Shown one piece after another: positions 1 to 10,822 of a DNA stretch of 49,135 nt. The notes under the pieces are model-generated. The model had not been told where the DNA came from and did not search any database. It saw only the letters and a program-made list of their open reading frames with translations. A program made the translations under genes and the position numbers. The stretch lies in NCBI GenBank assembly GCA_049724395.1, contig JAUGWO010000067.1, forward strand, positions 124,001 to 173,135, given 5' to 3'. The first letter of the stretch is position 1. Every line of letters begins with the position of its first letter. The stretch is from Spongospora subterranea f. sp. subterranea (lineage: Eukaryota).

Positions 1-229
1 CTACAGCGAATAGTGTTTGCACGTGTACAAACAAATATTCATAATTTAATTTGGATATCGACGACCCGACTAATCTGGACACTGAATATTGTGCGTTGAA
101 GTGGCGTTCTAAGAAGGTGGTCTTGTGTGTTGATAAATGATGGATCAACAGCCCTCTCTATAAGTGTAGTCGCCAACTCAAACCTGATAACAACACATCA
201 TCAATGTGATATATTGACAGGGGGATGAT

Positions 230-624
230 TTACCAAGGGAGTTCAACAGCGTAATGAAGCGCTATCTCACTGTATTGATTCCTTATGGTGATATCAGCAC
301 CATAATCCAGTAGAGCAATGGCGACAGAAAGACTGAACTGACAAACAATTGATAGGTAGTGAACAATTACTTGACCCCATATAATATACTGTTGATATTT
401 CATTGCCAAAAGGAAAGGAGTATATCCATATTGATCTTTGAAGTTGATTGCCACTTGTTTGTCCACTCGTCCATCCGACAATATCTCGTCAAGAACACTA
501 ACTCAGAGATGGTTGTCCAGTCAGACCATGATGGATGGCGTAATTGACTATAGGTTAATGGCGCCATACTGGCCATGTTTAGCGGCAATGTGCAGTAGAG
601 TACAGCCATCAGCTGTCCCAGCAA
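230..624 (-). pseudogene. Ankyrin-repeat gene fragment, frameshifted
   Basis: INFKDQYGYTPFLLAMKY...VAIALLDYGADITIRNQYSEIALHYAV fits the ankyrin consensus (G.TPLH.A...LL..GAD). The upstream part (TALLHIAAKHGQY) is in a different frame. Confidence 0.75.
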
Positions 625-1066
625 ACAAATATTCAGGATTGAGCAACGAAAAGCGCCAGGTGATACATCCGTCGTTTTTGACTCACAAATATGGGCACTT
701 TCTCTACTTTGCTGGTCATTTACAATATCCGTTGCCTGGGCAAAAAGCTTTTGGAAACGACTAAATCACTTCCAAGCACTCCTGAAATCGACCAAGCGTT
801 GATAACAGCCCATCCAGAAATCAAGAACAAATCATGATCAATTCGATGGCACAAGCAGCAGCTTCATTTCGTACCTATCAGAATATTTGGGACTGTAGCG
901 ATCAGACTTTATGAGACGGAGGGAGTATCCAATTTGTAATTCAACGCAAAATACCCCAACTCTGTATGTTTATGCCCCCAAACCGCTGTTTTGTAAATTA
1001 CCCTCACGAACGATTGGAATAAACTGCATTCGACTTCAACATTGAAACATGTGTTCAGTTGAGGTG

Positions 1067-1330
1067 CTAAACATGGCCAGTGTGGCGCCATTACTGTATT
1101 GTCCTTACGCCATCCATGATGGTCTGATTGAACATTTTAGAGTTAGTGATATTGATAAGATATAATCGGATGTACTGTATCAGTGGCAGTCAACTTTAAA
1201 GATCAGACCGGAAATACTCCTTTCCTTGTGGCAATGGAAAACAATCAGCAAGGTATAAGGGACAAAAAAATTGTTCGATGTCAATATGATGTGAGATGGC
1301 GCTTCATTGCTGCAATATTTCTTACGTCAG
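1067..1330 (+). pseudogene. Inverted, diverged copy of the ankyrin fragment at ~340-590
   Basis: ctaaacatggccagtgtggcgccatta...gtggcagtcaactttaaagatcagaccggaaatactcctttcctt matches the reverse complement of ~410-585. Further copies lie at ~3493-3720 (+) and ~6950-7075 (-). Confidence 0.7.
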
Positions 1331-2002
1331 TCCCGTAAATATATTTGTTTTATAATAAGTGTTCTGGTGTTAGGGTTGAATCTGTCGAAATACTGGTAGA
1401 CTGGTAGATTTGGCCGACTCAAGATATTTCGACGCAAACTGTTCTGGTCAATCGAATCACATTTGTGAACTCTGTGTATAGTTGTAGTGGTCAAGTATCT
1501 GTTGAGTAAAGGTGCTGATCAGGGGCGCCATCATTAGTCCTGTATCTCACCGCTGGGCATCGCAAGCAAGATACCGTCATTGTGCTATGAAAATGCAAAC
1601 AATTCGTTCTACAAGGTGTTCCCGTTCATTTGACAGTACAGGTGCTCCACACACTTTTGGACACGAGAAACCGCCATAAGAACACAATGTAAAACGAATA
1701 GTTCTCATATCCCAACACAGTTATGGTTTCCTGGTGGTCAAATCCCTTCGCGAGATCCATTGTTAACGTACGTGGTTTTACCACGAAGACACTGATCAGC
1801 ACTTTTTACTCGCCAGATACTTGACCATTTCGACCTCAACTCACAGAGTTCCCTTGGAGTATGACAAACAACTGTGCCGAGGATGAGTTCAACCGTCACT
1901 TCCGTAGCCAGAACAACTGCGCACGGACTTTTCCCATATCAATTCCTATATTAGGGTCAGTGGCCATATATGCAAATGTACGGACCTCTCACACTGTTCC
2001 GT

Positions 2003-2256
2003 GTCGGGTTACGTGTAAGGTACAGAGTCGTAACTCGGTCCTGTTAATGTTGCGACGTCGGGTAACGTGTACAGGTACAGAGTTGTAACTCACTCCTGTT
2101 ATGTTGCGACGTCGGGTAACGTGTACAGGTGCAATGTCGGGTAACGTGTACAGGTACAGAGTTGTAACTTGGTCCTGTTATGCTGCGATGTCGGGTAACG
2201 TGTACAGGTACAGAGTTGTAACTCACTCCTGTTATGTTGCGATGTCGGGTAACGTG
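2003..2256. repeat. 54-bp minisatellite, ~5 units, one truncated
   Basis: gtcgggt(a/t)acgtg starts at 2003, 2057, 2111, 2136, 2190 and 2244. Confidence 0.9.
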
Positions 2257-4543
2257 AATCCATGACTGATGTTCTCGACAGCGATGACGGGAATTGAATT
2301 ATGCTTGGCGCTGTTTGAGGAACACGGCTACTTCACGCTTGTTCGGCATTCGCAAATGCAAATTCTGACTGCGATAATAGCTGGTGCAGGTGGGAGATGC
2401 GTTCGCCTTCATGATCCCAATCTGGCTACGCAACATCGTCGTCTAATATGTTTTGTACAGGATTTGAACCTATAACTATTGTGCTGAAGATCGTTGTGTC
2501 AAGGGCAAGCACCGGGACCTTGCAGGCAAACAATGGTAATCAAGGCAATCAGAATTGCGAATGGTGTATTGGATCGGATTGATCCACCTTAATTCGTTTA
2601 AAAGTGGAAAATGGGCCCTGAGATGGCGGGACATAAGGAATGGGCTTGGTCTGACTCCAAGTGAACTCTGTGGAATTCAAATGGTCAAGAATCTGTTGAG
2701 TAAACGTGCTGATCAGGGACCTCGTGATAAATTTCCTAAGTCACCGACGGTTCGCAAAGAATACGAGCACTAGGAAACCGTCCCTGTGTTCGTATTGCTT
2801 CGCAATTTCATCAATGACGTCCTGTATATATCCATGAAGTCTCTGATCATTACTTTACCCAACAGATTCTTGACCATATGAACTCTACTTAGAGTTCACA
2901 AAATGTGGCTCACAGTTTTCGATGACCCAACTAACCCATCGTCCTTGTATGAAAAACCCTCTCTTGCCAGATTAGCGACAACTCACCCTACGTTAAAATG
3001 TAGCTTGGGTCGACGACATCAACCAGTATTTTGGCAAGTCCAACCCAACACCATCCCATTTGAATACTGATATGATCAAACGTGACAGAGTTTGCCAGCA
3101 TAGCGAAGCACTGTCTCATCATAATTATCCCTTTTCTAGAGTGCTCCATAATCCATTAATGTATTGGCAGAAGGCAGACTGAGCCGACAGACAGTTGAGT
3201 TTATACATTTCGAAATAAACCTGCATTATCATGATTCCAGTACTCGAACGGATTGCCACTCAACTTCCAAATCATTCTTCTGGGTTGGGAGTGACGTCTT
3301 AAATTCACCGGTTTGTCCAGCATAGACGGTAGTTTAAGCGGAATTGGTCGATACAACCATCGTGATTGAGCTCAGTGTTTGCACCTGCGACTGGCAATAA
3401 CAAGCCGGAAGTAGCCGATCATTGTCAGTTTCTTCCTAAGCAGCGCAAAACGCATTTTCGTCATCGCTGTTCGAGAACATCAGCCATAACTCTGTGGCGC
3501 CATTACTGTATTGTCCTTACGCCATCCATCATGGCCTGACTGAACTAACATTTCAGAGTTAGTGATATTAATGAGATATTATCGGATCAACTTCAAAGAT
3601 CAGCCCGGATATACTCTTTTCCTTGTGGCAATGGAAAATAATCAGAAAACTAGGGATCAAAAAATGGTTCAACGTCACAATGTGCTGAGATGTCGCTTCA
3701 TTATGCTGCAATGTTTTCCTACGTCAGTCCCGTGAATATATTTGTTTTAAATGTTCTGGTGATAGGGTTGAACCTGCCGAAATACTGGTATATTTCGCTG
3801 AGTCAAGATATTTCATCGCAAAAAAACAGTACTGTTCCGCGGATGTGGGTCATCAATTATTATCGATTGTGAACTCTGTGTATAGTTGTAGTGGTCAAGT
3901 ATCTGTTGAGTAAAGGTGCTGATCAGCGGCGCCATCATAAGTCCTGTACCTCACGGCTGGACATCATAAAGCAACACGACCACCAAGATATCGCCATTGT
4001 GCAATGAAATGCAAACAATTCGTTCTACAAAGTGTTTTCATTGATTTGAAAAAACGAATAGTTCTCATATCTCAAAACAGTTATGGTTTCCTGGTAGTCA
4101 AACCCCTTCGCGAGATCCATTGTTAATATACGTGGTTTTACCACGAAGACACTGATCAGCACTTTTTACTCGCCAGATACTTGACCACTTCGACCACAAC
4201 TCACAGAGTTCTCTTGGAATATGACAAACAACTGTGCCGGGGATGAGTTCAACCGTCACTTCCGAAGCCAGAACAACTGCGCACGGGTTTTCCCATACCA
4301 ATTCCTATATTAGGGGCAGTGACCATATATAGTAAACTCGAATATCTCTGGATGAGCAATGTAATCGGGTGGGAGCAGGTCCCATTGGGTGTGGTCGTTA
4401 GGACAGGTTATGGTGCTGAATCCAGGTGGGTCTAATAAATTTCTTCAGTAAATACCCATTCTACTTGTAGCGGCCAGGCGGAAGTAGGGAAACACCTGGT
4501 AGTACACAGGTTACCCGACCAATAAGAACCCGCGTACCTTTGT

Positions 4544-4785
4544 ATACCATACCATACCATACCATACCATACCATACCATACCATACCATACCATACCAT
4601 ACCATAACATACCATACCATACCATACCATACCATACCACACCATACCATACCATACCATACCATACCATACACCATACCATACCATACCATACCATACC
4701 ATACCACACCATACCATACCATACCATACCATACCATACCACACCATACCATACCATACCATACCATACCACACCATACCATACC
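4544..4785. repeat. (ATACC)n pentanucleotide microsatellite, ~48 units
   Basis: Direct reading, with occasional ACACC/ATAAC variants. It explains the MVWYG and TIPYH pseudo-ORFs. Confidence 0.98.
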
Positions 4786-5925
4786 AGTGACCATTTATGA
4801 GTGATGCTGTGCGGACCTCTCTACTGTAGCGTCACTCTCTCGTGCCGCGTTACGTGTACAGGTACAGTCCTGTTATGTTGCAGTTCCATGACTGATAATC
4901 TCAACTGCGATGACAGGAATTATGGCGCGGAAGAACGTGTTGATGATCGGCTACTTCACACCTGTTCGGCATTCGCAAATGCTAACGCTGAATGCGATAA
5001 TAGCTGGTGTATGGACCAACTCCGATACACAACATCGTCGCTGAACATGTTTTCGTACAGGGTTTGAACCTATAACTATTGTGCTGAAAATCGGTGTTGC
5101 CAAGGGCAAGCACCGGGACCTTGCTGGCAAACAATGGTAATCAAGGCAATCGGAATTGCGAATCGTGTATTGGATCGGATTTGATCCACCTCAATCCGTT
5201 TGAAAGGTGGAAAATGGGCCTTGAGATGACGGGACATAAGGAATGGCTGGCTCACGCATATGGAGGGGAATGGCTGGTTAACGCTGGTTGGTTCACGACA
5301 GTTGCTCTTACCATCAAAACTACTCCTTCGAATCTCGCTCAAGTATCCAACAATGTGCGCAAACGAGGCGGTTGTTCACAAAGCCAGATTATTTATCAGA
5401 GAATGAATGATCAGCGATAACAGCATTGCTCCTCACCAATCCAGAAAATCATTATCTTAGCTGCTAACATATTTGGTATGTAGGGAATTAGTCAAGTCAT
5501 GACTCCAAGTGAACTCTGTGGAATTCAAATGGTCAAGAATATGTTGAGTAAACGTGTTGATCAGGGACCTCGTGATAAAATCTCCTAAGTCACCGACGGT
5601 TCGCAAAGAATACGAGCACTAGGAAACCGTCCCTGTGTTCGTATTGCTTCGCAATTTCATCGGTGACGTCCTGTATATATCCATGAAGTCTCTGATCATT
5701 ACTTTACCCAACAGATTCTTGACCATATGAACTCTACTTAGAGTTCACAAAATGTGGCTCACAGTTTTCGATGACCCAACTAACCCATCGTCCTTGTATG
5801 AAAAACCCTCTCTTGCCAGATTAGCGACAACTCACCCTACGTTAAAATGTAGCTTGGGTCGACGACATCAACCAGTATTTTGGCAAAGTCCAACCCAACA
5901 CCATCCCATTTGAATACTGATATAC

Positions 5926-6330
5926 TCACACCTGGCTGAGCTTGCCAGCATAGCGAAGCGCTGTCTCATCATAGTTATCCCTTTGTAGAGTGCTCCATAA
6001 TCCAGTAATGTATTGGCAGAAGGCAGACTGAGCCGTTGAGTTCATATATTTCATTGCCAAAAATAAATACGCATCATCATCTCTGCTAATAAACTGATTG
6101 CCATTAAATTTACAAATCATTCCTCTGGGTTTGGAGTGACGTCTCGAATTCACCGGCTTGTCCAGCAATGGATGATAATTAAGCGGAATTGGTCGATTCA
6201 ACCGCCATGATCGAACTCAGCGTTCGCAACTGCGACTGGCAATAACAAGCCTGAAGTAGCCGATCATCGTCACTTTCTATTCCTAAGCAGAGCCAACCGC
6301 GTTCGTAATCGCTGTTCGAGAACATCAGCC
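5926..6330 (-). pseudogene. Ankyrin-like gene fragment (paralogous copy at ~3090-3490)
   Basis: FLAMKY...DYGA (shifted frame)...RDNYDETALRYAG resembles the 230-481 fragment. Confidence 0.55.
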
Positions 6331-6368
6331 ATCACCCTAACGTAGACGTTGAAAACGACTCGAGTTGA

Positions 6369-6748
6369 GCTCTTGTCGTTATCATGATCTTCCAGCAACA
6401 CTGACAGTTGACCTGCTCTTGTCGTTATCATGATCTTCCAGCAACACTGACAGTTGACCTGCTCTTGTCGTTATCATGATCTTCCAGCAACACTGACAGT
6501 TGACCTGCTCTTGTCGTTATCATGATCTTCCAGCAACACTGACAGTTGACCTGCTCTTGTCGTTATCATGATCTTCCAGCAACACTGACAGTTGACCTGC
6601 TCTTGTCGTTATCATGATCTTCCAGCAACACTGACAGTTGACCTGCTCTTGTCGTTATCATGATCTTCCAGCAACACTGACAGTTGACCTGCTCTTGTCG
6701 TTATCATGATCTTCCAGCAACACTGACAGTTGACCTGCTCTTGTCGTT
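6369..6748. repeat. 46-bp minisatellite, 8 identical units plus 12 bp
   Basis: gctcttgtcgttatcatgatcttccagcaacactgacagttgacct starts at 6369, 6415, 6461, 6507, 6553, 6599, 6645 and 6691, with a partial unit at 6737. Confidence 0.97.
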
Positions 6749-8821
6749 TGGTGATCCGGAATGACGTAAAAAAGGCCTCGGTAAGAAGCCTGCACGTCTC
6801 CGATTTCACGACTCCAAGTCGGGAACATCGATGGAGTCGACTTGATTTGGTTCGAGTTGGCCAGATCAGCGGTGTTCAGCACTCATTGCAACTCGGAGTC
6901 GAGTTGGGCGGTGCGGCTCGGGAGATATTATGCAGGTAGATCCGGGCCCGATCTCTGGAAGTTGATTGCCACTCCGTTTGCCCACTTTGATGTCCGGTAA
7001 TATCTTGTCAACAGCCCGAGATCGGAAATGGTCCAGTCCGACCATGAATGACGATACAGTAATGGCGCCATCAGTATCGTCATCGTCATTGCCGGATCAG
7101 GATCTTGGGGACGTGTCAAATGATTTATTGTCAACTAATCGCACGGGGCTAAACCAGTATTCGAAGTCAGCCGTCCCCATCATAGGTAATATATTGATCA
7201 TGTAGACGATGTTCGTTCTGTCGCCACCGTTAATCGATTAGGTTCGTTTCAGATTTGTTGACATACGATTGTCTTCGCCAGCTATTTTCCATGTTCGGGC
7301 CTCCATTATCGGCAAAGTGGTTCAGTGTTCCACAACAGGTCCATTGACACCTCGCACCCTGATTGCAATAGGAATCAGTCAGAATATCGACTGTTCAGCA
7401 CATGAGATGAGCGATTGCGATCGCACTACACTGACGATAGGGGTTTCACCCCTTGTTGCTGCTTTCATTGATCACCTCAGAGGGTTTCTTACAGATAAAG
7501 ATCGTCAAGGTCCAACGGGTTCGTGTTGAGTTATTTGACGAAATACCCCCACGACATTCCCTCATGATCTGTCAGAACAAGAATGCATTCCATCGGCGCG
7601 TTCCCATGATCCCCGGCTTCACCCCGTTCTACCGATCAGTTAGAGCCAGCGTCTTCCCAGATGGAGCCCGTCTAGCCCGCCTGTTTCGGCTACTGATTCG
7701 CTTAGCAAAACTGAGCTGGTTTACAGATCGAGCAAGGCCGTATATCTGCTGATTGACAACCTTCGTGATTTGATGCTGTCAATGAAGATTCCGTTTCGAT
7801 TTCTGCAGTCTCCACCGATTAACGGTCGAACGACGCCATCGTCACGCCAAAGACAGATCGACCAACCTGAGCTGAACGGAAGGTTTCACCGTTGCTCGAA
7901 CGGGCCACGAAGCTCAAGCGACTCCAGGAACTGGACGCCGAATCTGAAATGGGCACCGCCAATCAAGGAACAGCCCCCCTCCCGGATACAGCAACGCTTT
8001 GTGTCCCGGCGACGTCGAACCCGTTTCCGTCCTGGCCCCGCAATGTATACCTCGGCGCCAATCTCGCCAAAGCTGCTGGAACCACTGCCGACGGCGCGTT
8101 CCGACAGAATCAAGCGAACACGACTTGCCGAATCGTTGCATACTGACCAATTTTACAAGCGATACGGGTTCATTTCGCCAACATTTTCGAGCAAACTTAC
8201 GGATCGACGTCGCAAAAACAGAATCAAAAGCTTCGTGAGATAATGTCGATCAATTGGCATTTGTTATATTGAACATCTTCAAGTGAATTACAATTGAGCG
8301 ATCGTCACCCGATACTGTCTGATCGAATGATGGGTTTCGACCATTAACCTGTGGGGTCAGTGATCTATTTGACACTAGAAAGCGTATTGTCGGTCGGGAA
8401 TATTTGCACATCGACGACAAACACGATTGAATGGATCTGGAGCTGGGACCCCTTTCACTCGGTAATCGGGGGAAAATGATCAGGAATCGCTGTGGGACCT
8501 CAAACGACCGTTTAAAGGACCATGAAGGGCGACGGTCACCAATCGGTCTTTACTACCGGCTTCACCCGAATAACTCGAGTTCCGGGTTCTATTCAAACAC
8601 AGAACGCACCGGCAAATCCGGATGAACCAACCATAGTCCAATCAGTCTGCATACCGGCGGTATCACAATCCAATACCAGCACATCCGAAATCACAAGACA
8701 ATGGTGGGACAGGAATGCGACACCAAACAAGAGAGGTTTACGGTCAAGTATAACCAGGACGCCGATGCCAACACGTACCCAACACGTAAAGGGGCAGAGG
8801 TGTCGCTGCCATTGCCAGAAT

Positions 8822-9406
8822 GGCACATTATGATCCCAACTTATCTCTACACAAATCCCAATTCAATTGGTGAGGACCGAGCCCTAGTCACTGCAATGAG
8901 GCATGAAGGGTTTGCCGACCAACCCTTGATTTCAACGGTGCATCGCGACGCCACAATTGTTCAGTGCCCAAAATGTCGTTACCCAACGACCTTCGCCGTT
9001 TCACTATTGCAGTTCACCTTTGTCAGCGCTGAACCAAACTGAGTGAAATCTATTACGGCATTGCGATTCATGGACACAATTGTTCAGTGCCCAAAATGTC
9101 ACAACATCGCCGCGCATCGCAATGCGAGAACAGATATTCAGTTCGGTTCAGCGCTGACAAAGGTGAATTGCAATACTGAAACGACGAAGGTCATTACTGA
9201 TGACACTGAACAATCGTGTGAATGGACTCAATTGTGCCGTCACGATGGCGCGAAACCACCGTCATTGTCAAGGGTTTGGTCGTCATTGTCAAGGGTTTGG
9301 TCGGCAAACCGTTCATGTCTCATCGCAGTGACTTGTGCTCGGTCTTCAGCACTTTGACCAATTGAATTGGGATTGTGTAGAGATAAGGTAAGATCATAAT
9401 GTGCCC
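8822..9406. repeat. Imperfect inverted repeat (arms ~8822-9043 and ~9137-9406)
   Basis: ggcacattatgatc...cccaattcaattggt...cctttgtcagcgctgaacc is present as its reverse complement in the right arm. Confidence 0.85.
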
Positions 9407-9566
9407 TCACCCGAGAAATCTCGGGATCCGACGGTTCAGCCCAGTCAATCATAACGGGTTGAAAGGATAAACTGGGTGGTGAAGGGGCCACGAATAAAGG
9501 GAATGATACTAGGCCCGAATCGACCAGTTTCTCGTTAAGCGCGGGCGTCGTAGAGCTTCGTGTTTA

Positions 9567-10380
9567 GAGCGCGTTCGGATGCGACGCATTTTCAAAACGG
9601 GATTTCCCTAAAACGGAATTGAGCAAGATTGCAATCCCGTTTTAGGTAAATCCAGGTCGTGGCGGCCAAACGATCAATAAAGAGGGTGCGGTTTCAGAAT
9701 CAGACAAACGTGTATTTTGAGTAGCGATGAAAGTGAGGAAGATGATGCTGTCCCCGATGCAATTGTGCCATATTTATTCGGCGAACGTATTGCCTGGAGA
9801 ACAAAACCGTGCCGTCCATCTCTACCGGGGTGGATAAGGGAGCTGGTGACAGGCAACCCGACTCCTATCTATGAGAGCTGACCGGGATGGACGTCAATAT
9901 ATATTCTTGTGTCTTCGGCACCAACTCTTTGTGCATGCAGATTTTGGCTCCTACTCCAAGTTCATGGATTGTCGAGGATATAATGGCATTATTCTGTTTA
10001 CTGTATCGCACAGTGCAATAAACAGGGACGCTCAGGAACGGTTTCAACGCGGCGGAGGAACAGTTAGCAGGTACGTTTTCAAGGTGAAAAATGTGGGATG
10101 TTCTTGTTTGACAGACCTCCTTCCATTCCCGAAGATGATATCTCACACCTCGATACGGCGTCGAACCCGACATTGATTGCCCATATCCACCATCGGCAAG
10201 TTCTAAACTTCCCAGCAGGGGTTTCGGATTTTACAAACGACACCAAACGTCGGTTACTAAACAGTTCCCTTAGTCGTCTGATTTGCTAAGACAACTGTTT
10301 CGTAACCGACGTTTGGTGTCGTTTGCAAAATCCTGAACCCCTGCGGGAAGTTTTGAACTTGCCGATGGTGGATATGGGCA
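9567..10380. mobile_element. Rearranged PIF/Harbinger transposon remnant
   Basis: TTA followed by GAGCGCGTTCGG (PIF-like TSD and TIR start) at 9564-9578. The + strand carries N-terminal transposase motifs (WIRELVTGNP, LFTVSHSAINRDAQERFQRGGGTVSRY). The - strand carries the DDE-region motif LADGGYG...STPYRGVRYHLREW. Confidence 0.85.
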
Positions 10381-10822
10381 GGCAGGTTGTGCAGAAACGA
10401 CCTGCAGACACTTGCAGAAGTTTGCCGGGATACTAATCAAACCCACCTGATCTGTTCAGAGAGTTAAATTTGAAATTGCATGCTTCATATTCTTATACAG
10501 TTCGTAATCAGTTTTCTGGGTAAGGAACCGGAAACCCATAGCATATAGCGTGTTTGAGTGGTGAAGCAAATCTTGAAAATGGACTGATAGCATTTGGAAG
10601 GCCATTATTCATCTCCACAATATCTGCTTAACCATTCAACCGTTTTCGGCATGTACGAGAGGGAAGTAATTCCACGAGGTCAAGTCATTTTGTTTTGTTG
10701 CAAGAATCAAAGGATTTGCGCATTAACTCATCAGACCTGAACGTCGTCCGCAAAACAAAACATGCAAAGCGGAAACTGGAATGAGAATCAGACAATGAGC
10801 GTATATATTGGATTAGAGAGAT

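Larger units (their letters stand above)
1080..6330. repeat. Direct segmental duplication: ~1080-3490 repeated at ~3493-6330
   Basis: Colinear blocks 1080-1970 vs 3493-4330 and 2260-3490 vs 4885-6330. The block 2655-3070 vs 5500-5920 is nearly identical by eye. Confidence 0.85.

Noticed and set aside
4432..4800. MVWYG/TIPYH-repeat proteins, or a telomere
   Set aside because: These are translations of a microsatellite. The position is internal and I cannot support the unit as telomeric.
5075..5420. Possible SAM-methyltransferase remnant (TIVLKIGVAKG)
   Set aside because: One short motif across frameshifts is insufficient.
6369..6748. CRISPR-like repeats
   Set aside because: Identical head-to-tail units without spacers.
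6750..6930. Possible retroelement aspartic-protease fragment on the - strand
   Set aside because: No catalytic DSG/DTG motif and no adjacent RT sequence.
7270..8400. GC-richer stretch with overlapping ORFs, possibly the Harbinger Myb/SANT partner gene
   Set aside because: No recognisable motif, and it lies outside the putative TIR.
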